A DNA stretch of 64,000 bases from Deltaproteobacteria bacterium (GCA_034670305.1 JAXMNT010000002.1:213985-277984), one strand, 5' to 3'; counted from the first letter of the stretch, positions 52,401-63,521 are shown. Made by a program: numbers and translations. The notes: generated by a model not told the origin, from the sequence alone.

Positions 52401-53178
52401 TGTGCTCTCGAGCCGCAACGCGTCCGCCAACGCGGTGCGGTCGGTCGCCACCCGCCCCATCGCCGAGGCACAACAGACGCTTGCAGCGCTGGCCGAGCGT
52501 TACCCCAAGTCTCCCCACCCCCTCTGCTACGGGGGAGAACTCAAACTCTGGCTCGGCGACCTCGACGGCGCGTTCGCAGATTTCGAGACCGCCATGGGCC
52601 GTGGCAACACCCGGTGGGCCTACGTCGGGAAGGCCGCGGTGCACTCGCTCCGCGGCGAACTCGAAGCCGCGATCTCGGAGTTCACCCAGTGCGCGCGAAA
52701 CCACGAAGCGGTGCTCGGCGCCACGACCCATGTGTACCGGGGCGAACTGTTCCGTCGGAACGGAGATCACGACCGGGCGATCGAAGACCTTCGCTCGGCC
52801 GTGGGCTCCAAGCCCGGGCGGGTCGCCGCATGGATGAACCTCGCGCTCTCGCTGGATGCGACGGGCGAGTCGGCCGAGGCGGGCGCGATCTTCGACAAGC
52901 TCAAGGCGTGGGTGCCGAGACTCTTGTGGGATGTCCGCGCGAGCTTGGACCCGGAGTTGCCCTGGCCACTGCCACCGGACTCGATGCGGCCCCTGTTCGA
53001 ACACGCCCTGGTCATGATGCGCGGCAACCGTTCGAGTCACCTGGTGACATATTTCACGGCGGACGGCGCCTTCCGCGTGACGCAAGACGCGCAGCAATGG
53101 GCCGACCGGGTGAAGAAGCACGACGCGTTGATCCTCCATGTGCTGACCGAGCAACTGAACCGCGCCGAACGCTGGTAG
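49483..53178 (+). CDS. PhyH-type Fe(II)/2OG dioxygenase - transglutaminase-like - TPR fusion (1231 aa)
   Basis: F.ERGYVVVRNAF; WHID (H140, D142); GDVFVMH.WLFH (H229); R240; LVALLRAAG segment; C-terminal TPRs. Confidence 0.8.
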   Translation: MSQVLSPTDIESFVERGYVVVRNAFHREEALRLVEQSLVGLDPPPRASIRTPTGDRTIGLEDGFVPSDPSTWPEPTLNLHTRRPLQLQQFAPRLSTAVRQLVGDGLLHRSTIGHLWKLNADFAPGPAPPVSEKWIPDSWHIDHPGAPTTFEGRTDAVVLFMLWSDIGPCGGGTRFRPESIDLLTASIESNGAVDVQGDAFRAALTKAGPIQEITGRTGDVFVMHGWLFHSVALNYAHKIRVLENSMVETAYPLNYSPHNPSPSPVERCIIRRRKNTDDDYGVFARTARAFIGTHADRMLDPDSAKGAPQEPAPLDRALLAAWAHRTAGAVRRVRPPRSQLVRWAIRTLRDTFVIGTLSTRTDPTFSGLMRGSGNVETRQTFLVALLRAAGRQAELHRTHHTIRIREGDEWFSVGGSGELRRENTADEDYLQLPWPDEHPPLDSLTDVDRPSQPDPWAHLDPDVAEFFDLRLQHLDRPGRAGPAMYRALCSSNTVGPWARALSGRAQARQLHPPPQWTRALFRGTRVSAVWAEEVGREFRVWVAVKTTREPVVVWFHRKQVHRAGRVVHGFYERWAADLERTRTRLRWLNAVVSGMSDDRYAASDAERALACMVQSFKKPIGDDDQEPTPTSGSDRAVRLCRAVRSAQWAQVFSVDPSEELPAWIQVVLSLLKGDMDRVRTMEEPSGPAAATSVFVGHMLMQAGFDSAAFRWFEHGEPALPKNARRSMLHLRTQLAQRLGRTAEARTLARHLVLSAEGAEALASGAEELISLGAFGDATAVLEEAVTRHPGSIQVRRLFARLCAWSGDLPRLDALINDLPPEPATQKLRAIWLACHERYEEALHLFEEIVEHIDTEECRLWLAELHLRVGHPPKRAHYELERSRLRSQNAAHLMLAVWIDDANWGPKLLSWYDYLDGTPPRPTEEKDLERSRVFCREALRWFRGNRTDRLTRVLPASSTSPRDLSYVEPPEEDSVLSSRNASANAVRSVATRPIAEAQQTLAALAERYPKSPHPLCYGGELKLWLGDLDGAFADFETAMGRGNTRWAYVGKAAVHSLRGELEAAISEFTQCARNHEAVLGATTHVYRGELFRRNGDHDRAIEDLRSAVGSKPGRVAAWMNLALSLDATGESAEAGAIFDKLKAWVPRLLWDVRASLDPELPWPLPPDSMRPLFEHALVMMRGNRSSHLVTYFTADGAFRVTQDAQQWADRVKKHDALILHVLTEQLNRAERW

Positions 53179-53301
53179 CCCCGGGCCTCGGCCCGATCCT
53201 CAGCCAAAACCGACCCAAGCGGGCCACGCCGACGCGGCGCACCGACACCGCGCGCGCCCCTCGATTGACGGCCCCGATTCGGCGCTGTTATCCTGTTCCC
53301 C

Positions 53302-53922
53302 GTGACCCACCCACGTTTGCTCAAGCGCCGCGAAATGATTGCAGGATTGGGCGCGGTTGCCGCTGGCACCGCGGTGGTCCTCGGGGGAGCCCGCACCGTC
53401 CGTGCGCTCGGCCCGACCGACCCGCGAGGCGCGGCCAGTCTCGACGCCGCTGGGGAGACATCGCTGGAACACGGCTACGACGCCCACGTGCAAGAGGCGC
53501 TGCGCGCGCATGGCCTCGAGGCGCCTGACGCCGAGGTCCGACAACTCTTCGCCGGGCTGCGGCCGGGCACCGTGCTCGAGCAGAAGGTGCGCATCGACGC
53601 CATCTACGGCGTACGCGCGGGCGGCATCCCGGTGGTGCTTCGCGCCAACGGCGGGTCGTTCCTCGTCGAGGTCTTCCGCAACCACACGTCGGATGCCCCG
53701 CTCGTCGTGGCTGGTGCATTCGGCCTCTTCCTCTCGTCCCGCGGAGCGGAGGTCGATCCGGTTGGCCACGCTGCGACGCTCGTGCTCGGGCGCGCGCTCC
53801 AAGGCGCCGATTCGATCCCGTCTGCGCTCCGCGCCCGGTGCGAGGTCCCCCGCGACTTCATCCAGACCTACGCGGTGCCGGTCGAGCCGGTGGCCGGCGC
53901 CGGCCCCGACAGCGTTCTCTAG
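53302..53922 (+). CDS. Tat-signal hypothetical protein
   Basis: LKRREMIAGLGAVAAG twin-arginine signal; no other motif recognised. Confidence 0.65.
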   Translation: MTHPRLLKRREMIAGLGAVAAGTAVVLGGARTVRALGPTDPRGAASLDAAGETSLEHGYDAHVQEALRAHGLEAPDAEVRQLFAGLRPGTVLEQKVRIDAIYGVRAGGIPVVLRANGGSFLVEVFRNHTSDAPLVVAGAFGLFLSSRGAEVDPVGHAATLVLGRALQGADSIPSALRARCEVPRDFIQTYAVPVEPVAGAGPDSVL

Positions 53923-53995
53923 GACCAGCCCACTGCGAGCATCAACGCGCGGCCCGTCGGCCGCGCGTTTGTGGTTGGCACCCAACGAAGTGGGC

Positions 53996-55252
53996 TCAAG
54001 GGCAGCGGCGGCGGCGGATGAGTTCGCCGAGCCGGGTGGTGATGCCGGTGAGCGCGTTGGCGAAGTTCTCGTCGCAGATGGACTGCACCACGCCCGAGGG
54101 CCCGAACGCGCGCACCGCTTCGACGGTTCGGATCGCCGGAACCGCGAACCCGACGCCGACCCGATCGCACGCCGGCAACAGAAACCCGGGGCGCCGCGGG
54201 TTCGGTCGAATCTGCATGCGCTCGTCGGCGAGCAACGCGTCGTAGTCGATGTCGGTCGGGTCGCGCACCAAGTCCGGTGGCACGCCGGTGATGGCGGCAA
54301 TGAGCAAGTCGTTCGGATCCGACTTGGCCATGCGCATGCCTTCCACGAACCGTTCGACCGGGGTGAGCGCTTCGGGGAACAAGATGCACCGCTGGTTGCC
54401 GCGCGGATCGGCATCCCATGGGTAGGTCTCGCTCAGGGGGTTGAAGAGTTCCGGATCCGCCACCGAGCAGTCGTCTTCGTCGCTCACGAGGATCACTGCA
54501 AGCACCGCGTCGTCCCTCACGAACCCGGCGTTCGCACCGTCGCGGTGGGCGTCGCCTTCGAGAAACGACAGCACACCGGCTGGCAACACCGCCTTGAGCG
54601 CCGCTTCGAGCGGCTGTTCCAAACCGCACCCGGAGGTGCCCACCCGCGCCACGCACCCGAACTCGGAGACGAACATGTCCGGCCGCATCAGCTCGGGTCG
54701 GAAGCGCAGAAACGAGGGGACCATGCCCGGACAGCCCGCGCCGCCGGCACGCGTGCGGTGTACTCCGTCCGAACCGTTGTTCGGACGGATCTGACAGCCG
54801 CCGAGTTCGAAGCCGGCCGACCCGAGGTTGGTCGTCACCACCGCGACTTGCAGATCGCTCACTGGTTGCACATCCGGTCGGCCGTCGCGGTCGAGGTCGC
54901 CGGTCACGAGCACTTCGACCATCACCGGGAACTGCTCGGCGAGCGCGGCCTGTTCTTCGGCCATCGAGCCCGAATCGTCGATGACGAAGAGCAGGTCGAC
55001 CAAGAGCGGCTCGGGGTCGACCGGCGGCGGGCCCGCGTCGCATGGCACATCCGGGAGCGGACCGTCGAACCCGGCATCGGTCAGCACGTCGGGTGGCGCG
55101 TCGATGGGTGCGTCCCGCGCCGCATCGACACCGCCATCCGTCGACGCATCCCCGCCGATGCGGTGCGAGCGGTAACAACCGAACAGGAGCACGCACGCCA
55201 GCAGGGACGAGGTCACCACGCCAACGCTCGCCGACCCCACCCTGGGCGACAC
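53996..55252 (-). CDS. VWA-like myxobacterial lipoprotein
   Basis: LFGC lipobox; DLLFVIDDSGSM.EEQ, GCGLEQPLEA, SDEDDCS, SIC; start uncertain. Confidence 0.75.
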   Translation of the reverse strand: MSPRVGSASVGVVTSSLLACVLLFGCYRSHRIGGDASTDGGVDAARDAPIDAPPDVLTDAGFDGPLPDVPCDAGPPPVDPEPLLVDLLFVIDDSGSMAEEQAALAEQFPVMVEVLVTGDLDRDGRPDVQPVSDLQVAVVTTNLGSAGFELGGCQIRPNNGSDGVHRTRAGGAGCPGMVPSFLRFRPELMRPDMFVSEFGCVARVGTSGCGLEQPLEAALKAVLPAGVLSFLEGDAHRDGANAGFVRDDAVLAVILVSDEDDCSVADPELFNPLSETYPWDADPRGNQRCILFPEALTPVERFVEGMRMAKSDPNDLLIAAITGVPPDLVRDPTDIDYDALLADERMQIRPNPRRPGFLLPACDRVGVGFAVPAIRTVEAVRAFGPSGVVQSICDENFANALTGITTRLGELIRRRRCP

Positions 55253-55353
55253 CGCGCTCAACAGGTTGGGCGACACGGCGTTGGGAGCCGCCGCGTGCGA
55301 CGCCACCGCCAACGACAGGTCTGCGCGTGCTGCCGCCGGAGCGGACCGGCCGG

Positions 55354-58300
55354 TCACATGTTCCGGCGGTACTGGCCGCCGACGTCGTAGAGCGCGTCGC
55401 TGATCTGGCCGAGCGAGCAGACCTTGGTGCACTCCATCAGCGCTTCGAAGAGGTTGCCGTTGTCGACCGCGACCTTCTGCAACGTCGCGAGCGCATCCGC
55501 CCGCACGGAGTCGTTGCGGGCGTGGAACGCGTTCAAGTTCGTGATGGCGAGGTTGCGTTCGTCTTCGGTGCTGCGGATCACCTCGCGGGGAATCACCGTC
55601 GGCGACCCCTCCGAGGAGAGGAAGGTGTTCACGCCGACCAAGGGGAGCTTGCCGCTGTGTTTGAGCGACTCGTAGTAGAGGCTCTCCTCCTGGATCTTAC
55701 TGCGCTGGTACATGCGCTCCATCGCGCCGAGCACCCCGCCGCGATCGCTGATGCGCACGAACTCGGCGTACACCGCTTCTTCGACGAGCTCGGTCATCTC
55801 GTCGATGACGAATGCGCCCTGGAGCGGGTTCTCGTTCTGCGAGAGCCCGAGCTCCTGATCGATGATCAGCTGAATGGCGAGCGCGCGGCGCACGCTCTCT
55901 TCGGTCGGCGTGGTGATGGCTTCGTCGTACGCGTTCGTGTGGAGCGAGTTGCAGTTGTCGTAGATCGCGTAGAGCGCCTGCAGCGTCGTGCGGATGTCGT
56001 TGAACGCGATCTCCTGCGCATGCAGCGAACGGCCGCTCGTCTGGATGTGGTACTTCAACTTTTGCGCGCGCTGCCCACCGCCGTAGCGCTGCTTGATCGC
56101 CTTCGCCCAGATGCGCCGCGCGACCCGGCCGATGACCGAGTATTCCGGGTCGAGCCCGTTGCTGAAGAAGAACGAGAAGTTCGGCGCGAAGTCGTCCACG
56201 CTCATGCCGCGCGCCAGGTAGTACTCGACGAACGTGAAGCCGTTCGCGAGCGTGAACGCGAGCTGGCTGATCGGGTTCGCGCCCGCTTCGGCGATGTGGT
56301 AGCCGCTGATGCTCACCGAGTAGAAACGCGTGACCCGGTGGTCGATGAAGTACTGCTGGATGTCGCCCATCATGCGCAGCGCGAACTCGGTGCTGAAGAT
56401 GCAGGTGTTCTGGGCTTGGTCCTCCTTGAGGATGTCCGCCTGCACCGTGCCGCGCGTGCTCGCGAGCGCGTGCGCTTTGATCTTCTCGTACACGTCCGCG
56501 GGGAGCACCTGGTCTCCCGTGACGCCGAGCAGCCGGAGCCCGAGCCCGTCGTTGCCTTCGGGCAGGTCGCCCGCATAGGTCGGCCGCGGCATGCCCTTGT
56601 CCGCGTAGATCGCAGCGATCTTGGCTTCGACCTCGGCCTCGAGCCCTTCGCGTTCGATGTACCGCTCGCACTGCTGGTCGATGGCCGCGTTGAAGAAGAA
56701 GCCGAGCAACATCGGCGCCGGCCCGTTGATGGTCATCGACACGCTGGTCGCCGGGTCGCAGAGATCGAACCCGCTGTAGAGCTTCTTCGCGTCGTCGAGC
56801 GTCGCGATCGACACGCCGCTGTTGCCGACCTTGCCGTAGATGTCGGGCCGGTGGTCCGGGTCTTCGCCGTAGAGCGTGACCGAGTCGAAGGCGGTGCTGA
56901 GCCGCTTCGCCGGCATGCCGCGCGACACGTAGTGGAACCGCTTGTTGGTGCGTTCGGGACCGCCCTCCCCCGCGAACATACGCGCCGGTGCTTCGCCGCT
57001 CCGCTTCAGTGGGAACACGCCCGCGGCAAAGGGGAAGTGTCCGGGCAGGTTCTCGGTCAGGCGCCAGCGGAGGATCTCGCGCCAGCTCTGAAAGCGCGGG
57101 AGGCACACCTTCGGGATGCGGTTCTTCGAGAGCGACTCGGTGGTGAGCGGCTGCTCGACGACCTTGCCGCGCACCTCGTAACGGAAGACATCGCCGCTGT
57201 ACTGCGCCTGCACCTCCGGCCACTCGCGGAGCAGCCGCCGGCAATCGGCGTCGAGCCGCTCGAGCAGTGCCGCGTAACGTTTGCGGAGCGTGACGACCTC
57301 GGGCGGATCATTCGCATGTTCGCCCGGATCGGAGAGCGGCACCGACGCGCCCTCGTCCTTCCGTCCCGCGTCCTCGCGAAGCGCCGCGATCGCACCGCGC
57401 AGTTGATCGAGCCGGTGCGCGAGCATGGACTGCGCGTCGACGAACGCGTCGTAGCGGTGCGCGTTCTCCACGATCTCGGCGAGGTACCGGACCCGGTCCG
57501 GCGGCACGATGTGCACCTTCTCGCTCGACCCTTCGCCGAGGTTGTCCGACGCGGGGAACTCGGCGTCGGTCTTCTCTTCGATCGCGACGAGCAGCGCGCG
57601 GAAGAGCGCGTTGGTGCCCGGGTCGTTGAACTGGGACGCGATGGTGCCGAACACCGGGAGCTCGTCGTCGCTGGCGTCGAAGCGCTGGTGGTTGCGTTTG
57701 TACTGCTTGCGCACGTCCCGCAGCGCGTCGAGCGAGCCGCGTTTGTCGAACTTGTTGATCGCGATGACGTCCGCGAAGTCGAGCATGTCGATCTTCTCGA
57801 GCTGCGTCGCCGCGCCGTACTCGCTGGTCATCACGTAGAGCGAGGCGTCGGAGAGATCGGTGATGGCGGTGTCGGACTGACCGATGCCGCTCGTCTCGAT
57901 GATGACCAGATCGAAGCCGGCGGCTTTGCAGAGATCCACCGCGTGCTGCACGTGGGCGCTCACCGCGAGGTTCGATTGCCGCGTCGCGAGCGAGCGCATG
58001 TAGACGCGCGGATCGTCGATCGCGTTCATGCGGATCCGGTCCCCGAGCAGCGCGCCACCGGTCTTGCGTTTGCTCGGATCGACCGAGAGCACGGCGAGCG
58101 ACTTGTCCGGCTGGTCGCGCAGGAACCGGCGCACCAGTTCGTCCACGAGCGAGCTCTTGCCGGCGCCGCCCGTGCCCGTGATGCCGAGTACCGGGACCAC
58201 CCGCTTGGCCGCGGAGGTCTTGCGCGCCGCTTCGCGAATCGCGTCGCCGGTCTCGCCGAAGTTCTCCGCGATCGTGATGAGCCGCCCGAGCACCTGGGGA

Positions 58301-58818
58301 TCGGTGGGTGACCCTTCTTCGGTTGGCGTCGCGAGCTTCGGCAGCAGCGCATCGGCCGCGTCCGCGGTCACCGTCTCGAAGTCGCAGCCTTCCAGGACCT
58401 CGTTGATCATGCCCTGCAGGCCGAGCGAACGTCCGTCGTCCGGGCTGAAGAGGCGCGTCACGCCGTAGGCATGGAGTTCGTCGAGCTCGCTCGGCAGGAT
58501 GGTGCCGCCCCCGCCGCCGAAGATCTTGGTCTTCGCCCCCGCTTCCCGGAGCAGGTCGACCATGTACTTCAGGTACTCGACGTGCCCGCCCTGATAGCTC
58601 GTCAGCGCGATGCCCTGCGCGTCTTCTTGGATCGCACAACGCACGATCTCCTGGACCGAGCGGTTGTGGCCGAGGTGGATGACCTCCGCGCCGGAAGCTT
58701 GGAGGATGCGCCGCATCACGTTGATCGCCGCGTCGTGTCCGTCGAAGAGGGACGCGGCGGTGACGATTCGGACGTGGTGCGTCGGCCGATACGGCTGGAC
58801 CGTATGCGGGGAGTTCAT
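55354..58818 (-). CDS. icmF: Fused isobutyryl-CoA mutase/MeaB GTPase
   Basis: B12 domain [52 protein letters not shown]. Confidence 0.97.
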   Translation of the reverse strand: MNSPHTVQPYRPTHHVRIVTAASLFDGHDAAINVMRRILQASGAEVIHLGHNRSVQEIVRCAIQEDAQGIALTSYQGGHVEYLKYMVDLLREAGAKTKIFGGGGGTILPSELDELHAYGVTRLFSPDDGRSLGLQGMINEVLEGCDFETVTADAADALLPKLATPTEEGSPTDPQVLGRLITIAENFGETGDAIREAARKTSAAKRVVPVLGITGTGGAGKSSLVDELVRRFLRDQPDKSLAVLSVDPSKRKTGGALLGDRIRMNAIDDPRVYMRSLATRQSNLAVSAHVQHAVDLCKAAGFDLVIIETSGIGQSDTAITDLSDASLYVMTSEYGAATQLEKIDMLDFADVIAINKFDKRGSLDALRDVRKQYKRNHQRFDASDDELPVFGTIASQFNDPGTNALFRALLVAIEEKTDAEFPASDNLGEGSSEKVHIVPPDRVRYLAEIVENAHRYDAFVDAQSMLAHRLDQLRGAIAALREDAGRKDEGASVPLSDPGEHANDPPEVVTLRKRYAALLERLDADCRRLLREWPEVQAQYSGDVFRYEVRGKVVEQPLTTESLSKNRIPKVCLPRFQSWREILRWRLTENLPGHFPFAAGVFPLKRSGEAPARMFAGEGGPERTNKRFHYVSRGMPAKRLSTAFDSVTLYGEDPDHRPDIYGKVGNSGVSIATLDDAKKLYSGFDLCDPATSVSMTINGPAPMLLGFFFNAAIDQQCERYIEREGLEAEVEAKIAAIYADKGMPRPTYAGDLPEGNDGLGLRLLGVTGDQVLPADVYEKIKAHALASTRGTVQADILKEDQAQNTCIFSTEFALRMMGDIQQYFIDHRVTRFYSVSISGYHIAEAGANPISQLAFTLANGFTFVEYYLARGMSVDDFAPNFSFFFSNGLDPEYSVIGRVARRIWAKAIKQRYGGGQRAQKLKYHIQTSGRSLHAQEIAFNDIRTTLQALYAIYDNCNSLHTNAYDEAITTPTEESVRRALAIQLIIDQELGLSQNENPLQGAFVIDEMTELVEEAVYAEFVRISDRGGVLGAMERMYQRSKIQEESLYYESLKHSGKLPLVGVNTFLSSEGSPTVIPREVIRSTEDERNLAITNLNAFHARNDSVRADALATLQKVAVDNGNLFEALMECTKVCSLGQISDALYDVGGQYRRNM

Positions 58819-58873
58819 GCCGTGGATCTAGCACAGACCCACCCGCGCGCGCCCGGCGAGGAAGGGGCCCTGC

Positions 58874-58902
58874 TTGACCCGGGCGCCGAGACTTCATAGG
58901 TC
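58874..58902 (+). promoter_or_regulatory. Putative sigma-70-type promoter
   Basis: TTGACC-17 nt-TAGGTC, 7 nt before ATG 58910. Confidence 0.5.
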
Positions 58903-58909
58903 CATCGGC

Positions 58910-60538
58910 ATGAACCCCGACGTGCTGGCCCAGTTCCGTGATCAACTGTGGCTCTTCGTGGCGGGCCCGGCGCTCGGCCTCTGCGCGCTCGTCCTGACGG
59001 TTCGGCTCAAAGCACCCCAGTTCCGGCTCCTGCGCGAGGGGTTCCGAAAGCTCCGGACGCGGCTCCCGAAGGACGCGGATCCCGAGCACGTGGCGCCCGG
59101 GTTGGCCCTCGTGCTGGAGACGGTCGGTTCCTTTGGCGCGGCCGCGGTGGTCGGCACCGCGACGGCAGTCACACTCGGCGGCGCCGGGGTGCTTCCGTAC
59201 GTGTTGCTCTTCGCCATCTTCCTGGCGCCGCTGCGGTACGCCGAGGTCTGGCTGGCCCGCACCGCCGCGCCCGGCAAAGCCGCGAAGAAGACCGGCGGCG
59301 GCAAAGGGTCCTTGGCCACGCGGGTGGGCGCGACGAGTGAGCGGTACCGCATGGTCGGCTACCTTCTTTTCGTGCCGGTGCTCGTCGCTGGCTTCGCCTG
59401 GGCGGGCGGTACCCAAGGCGAGGCGCTGCACTCGGTGGTCGAGCGGCTTCTTCCTGGATCGGGCCTCGCGCTCGTGGGCGGGGCAGCCGCGGTCGGTGCG
59501 GTGCTGCACCTGGCCGGCGCCAAGCTGCGCGGGCTCGGCGCCTGGGTGGGCGTGGTCGGGCTGGTCGTGATGTTGATCGCGGGCGTGTGGGGCTGCCTCG
59601 CCGATCCTGGCGCGGCGTTCGGCGCACTCACCCGCTCCTTCGGCGACATGATCGAAGGCTCGTCCCAACTGGACGACTTCACCGGCGCGTTCGCCGGCGA
59701 AGTCGCGGCCGCGGCGGTGCTCTACGCGCTGCCGCCCATGTCCGCGACCAGCGGCGTCGGCGGTGCCATGTCCAGCCTCGGCGGCGGCAAGACGCGCACC
59801 CAGGCCTCGCTCGCCGTCCTCGGCACGCTCTTCTACGGCGTCATCGCGGTTGTCCTCGTCATGGCCTTCGTCGGCAGCGGCGCGCTTGGCACCCGAACCG
59901 CCGATCACCGAAGCATTCACGACGTGCGCATCATGACGGTGCCGATCGAATCGGCGAGCCAGCGGGCCGAACTCGACCGACGCTACTCCGGCCTGATGCG
60001 GATCATCGACGGCAACCCGCGCAACCCCAACCTCTCCATCGCCACCGATCGCGGCATGATCCGCGACCCGAGCTTCTCTCTCGACGGAGCGCCGGCCGAC
60101 GTGGCCCTGCGGCTCGATGTCGGACAGGCGACCAACATCATGACGCCCGGCCGGTTCGGCGCGTTGACCGAAGGCGACGCCTCCATCCTCCGAAGCGTGC
60201 AGGTCGGCGGCGAGATGTTGCCGGATGGCTCGGGTCTCGTGGTCCAGAGCCTCGCCGCGGGCCACTCGCTCGCGCCTCGGGTCGGGCTCGCAGGCCTGCT
60301 CGCCTTGGTCGCGGTTGCATTCGCCGCGTGGGGCTTCGCCCTCTCCCGCTCCGTGCCGGTCCCCAAACAGGCGCAGCTCGTGATCGGGGTCGTGCCCGCG
60401 CTCGGCGCAGGTCTGGCCGCCACGGGCCTGGTGCCCTGGCTGGCCCCCCTCGGAGGCGTGGCGATCGGCATACTGGCCGTCGCGGTCTCCCTGATCCTCA
60501 TCCTGAGGGCCAAAGAAGTCGCCCAGCTCTCGGAATAG
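58910..60538 (+). CDS. Alanine/glycine:cation symporter family protein (divergent)
   Basis: T.RL..PQF, G.A.A...GG.G, YAE..LA; many TM helices; soluble insert before the last helices. Confidence 0.75.
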   Translation: MNPDVLAQFRDQLWLFVAGPALGLCALVLTVRLKAPQFRLLREGFRKLRTRLPKDADPEHVAPGLALVLETVGSFGAAAVVGTATAVTLGGAGVLPYVLLFAIFLAPLRYAEVWLARTAAPGKAAKKTGGGKGSLATRVGATSERYRMVGYLLFVPVLVAGFAWAGGTQGEALHSVVERLLPGSGLALVGGAAAVGAVLHLAGAKLRGLGAWVGVVGLVVMLIAGVWGCLADPGAAFGALTRSFGDMIEGSSQLDDFTGAFAGEVAAAAVLYALPPMSATSGVGGAMSSLGGGKTRTQASLAVLGTLFYGVIAVVLVMAFVGSGALGTRTADHRSIHDVRIMTVPIESASQRAELDRRYSGLMRIIDGNPRNPNLSIATDRGMIRDPSFSLDGAPADVALRLDVGQATNIMTPGRFGALTEGDASILRSVQVGGEMLPDGSGLVVQSLAAGHSLAPRVGLAGLLALVAVAFAAWGFALSRSVPVPKQAQLVIGVVPALGAGLAATGLVPWLAPLGGVAIGILAVAVSLILILRAKEVAQLSE

Positions 60539-60718
60539 GCCGCGATCCCCGGAGACAGGGCCGCCAGTTTCGCGAAGCGAGCCAGGCCCGTAGTGGGAAG
60601 GAAACGGTTCGACCGGTCCGGGAGGGCATGATAGAAGCCGCGGCGGCCCATCTTTTTCGGGCCGTACTTATGTTTGGGCTCCATTCGTGGGCCCACGCGA
60701 CGAGAGACTGGGAGTGGC

Positions 60719-61600
<882 letters not shown>

Positions 61601-61601
61601 G

Positions 61602-62501
61602 ATGAGCATGTTGGTCGTTGGTTCGGTGGCGTTCGATACGCTCCACAACTCGCACGGTTCGTTCGAGAAGGTCGTGGGCGGTTCCGCCACGTACGCTTCC
61701 ATCGCCGGTTCGTTCTTCACCGACGTGAAACTCGTCGGCGTGGTTGGCCGGGACTTCCCCGACGACGCGGTCGCGCAGCTCAAGAGCAAAGGCGTGGACG
61801 TCTCGGGGCTCGAAGTCGCCGACGGCCTCACCTTCCACTGGGAAGGCCGCTACACGGACGACCTGACGTCGCGGGAGTCGCTTCGCACCGATCTCAACGT
61901 CTTCGCGGACTTCGATCCGAAGATCCCTGCCGCCGTGCGCAGCACGCCGTACGTGATGCTCGGCAACATCGCGCCGGAGCTGCAGCTCTCGGTGCTCGAC
62001 CAGATCGAGTCGCCGAAGCTCGTCATCGCGGACACGATGAACTTCTGGATCGACAGCAAACTCGACACCCTCAAGCAGCTCTTGAAGCGGGTCGACGTGC
62101 TCGTCGTGAACGAAGAAGAAGCCCGTCAGCTCAGCGGCCGGCACCACCTGGTCCACGTGGCTGCGGACTTGCTCGACATGGGCCCGAAGTCGCTCGTCAT
62201 CAAACAAGGCGAATACGGGGCTTGGCTGTTCGCTGGTGATGAAGTGTTCTCAGCACCGGCCATGTTGCTGGAAGCGATGGACCCGACCGGCGCGGGCGAC
62301 AGCTTTGCGGGGGGCTTCCTCGGATGTGTCGCGAAGGCGGGCAACACCAGCCCCGACACGCTGCGCCGCGCGGTGATCCACGGTTCCGTGATGGCCTCGT
62401 TTTGCGTCGAGGGCATCGGTGCGAGTAGATTGCTCGAAGTGACGCCCGCGGAGATTCAAGCGCGGGTGGAGAAGTTCCGCTCGCTGGTCCAGTTCGACTG
62501 A
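61602..62501 (+). CDS. PfkB family carbohydrate/nucleoside kinase
   Basis: VGSVAFD, GGSATY, DTMNFWI, DPTGAGDSFAGG. Confidence 0.92.
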   Translation: MSMLVVGSVAFDTLHNSHGSFEKVVGGSATYASIAGSFFTDVKLVGVVGRDFPDDAVAQLKSKGVDVSGLEVADGLTFHWEGRYTDDLTSRESLRTDLNVFADFDPKIPAAVRSTPYVMLGNIAPELQLSVLDQIESPKLVIADTMNFWIDSKLDTLKQLLKRVDVLVVNEEEARQLSGRHHLVHVAADLLDMGPKSLVIKQGEYGAWLFAGDEVFSAPAMLLEAMDPTGAGDSFAGGFLGCVAKAGNTSPDTLRRAVIHGSVMASFCVEGIGASRLLEVTPAEIQARVEKFRSLVQFD

Positions 62502-62597
62502 GAAGCGTCGGTGAGTATGATGCGAACGCCGTTCGATGGTGGTTCGCGAGAGTTTTGGGACCGGGCAATGTTCCGGGGGAAAGATGGAGAATTGAAG

Positions 62598-63521
62598 ATG
62601 AAGCGTTTGCAATGGCTTTGTGTGTGCGCCCTGATTTCGGGGCTCGCGGTTGGATGTGGCGACGACGACGCGGGCGGCACGGACGCCGGTGGCGGCGGTG
62701 AAGACACCGGCATGCCGCCGGCGCCGGTCTGCCCCGCTGCGGCACCCGACACCGAGGGCCTGATGGGCGAGTGCTGCTACCGCTCCACGAACGACCCGGC
62801 CGCGCCGACCTTCCGCATCAGCGGACTCAGCATCTCGTCGCCCGGCTCGCTGGCGTCGCCCATCGTGCGCGCCGCGCTCCGCGACGCCCTCGACGAGGAG
62901 CGGTTCAACTGGCTCATCTCGGTGACCGGTGCAGCCGCCGACGGAGACATCATGGTCTCGACCGGCTACGGCAACCGCAACACGGACGCCACCTACAGCT
63001 TCACGATGGACTCCGCGCCGATGCCCGGAGACGCCGACCGCTGGAACCCCATCACGCTCAACGGCACGCTCGCCGGTGAGACCATGACCGCGCCGCCCAT
63101 CGTCGGCTCGTTCACGGTTCCGATCTTCGAAGAGGACGGCACCACGCTCGCCATCGAGCTCCCGCTTCAGGCGTTCGAAGTGCAGATGGCCACCATGTCG
63201 GCCGACCGCAACTGCGTCGGCCTCCGCACCGGACCGGCCTACGACAACACCCAGGGCAGCATCCGCACGTACATGACCGTCGAAGACGCCATGGCCCGCC
63301 GCCTCGTCGTCGGCCCGATCGACAACGACCTCTGCAGCTTCACCGCCAACATCACCGGCGACGGAAACGACTGCTCCAACGTCGACCAGTCGATGTGGAC
63401 CGTGAAGCCCGACGCCCTCTGCACCGACGGCACGTGCGCAGATGGCTGCGACCCGGACACGACCTGCAACGCCTGGACGATCGCCGGCGGCTTCGCCGCG
63501 CACTCGGTCACGATCAACTAG
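62598..63521 (+). CDS. Cys-containing hypothetical lipoprotein
   Basis: GGAG RBS; lipobox AVGC; GDDD/DAG linker. Confidence 0.75.
   Translation: MKRLQWLCVCALISGLAVGCGDDDAGGTDAGGGGEDTGMPPAPVCPAAAPDTEGLMGECCYRSTNDPAAPTFRISGLSISSPGSLASPIVRAALRDALDEERFNWLISVTGAAADGDIMVSTGYGNRNTDATYSFTMDSAPMPGDADRWNPITLNGTLAGETMTAPPIVGSFTVPIFEEDGTTLAIELPLQAFEVQMATMSADRNCVGLRTGPAYDNTQGSIRTYMTVEDAMARRLVVGPIDNDLCSFTANITGDGNDCSNVDQSMWTVKPDALCTDGTCADGCDPDTTCNAWTIAGGFAAHSVTIN

Noticed and set aside
55042-58311. 1089-aa + strand ORF (and similar antisense ORFs such as 41543-44128 and 13654-16041)
   Set aside because: Shadow ORFs opposite icmF, the OmpA gene and the dynamin gene, expected from high-GC codon bias
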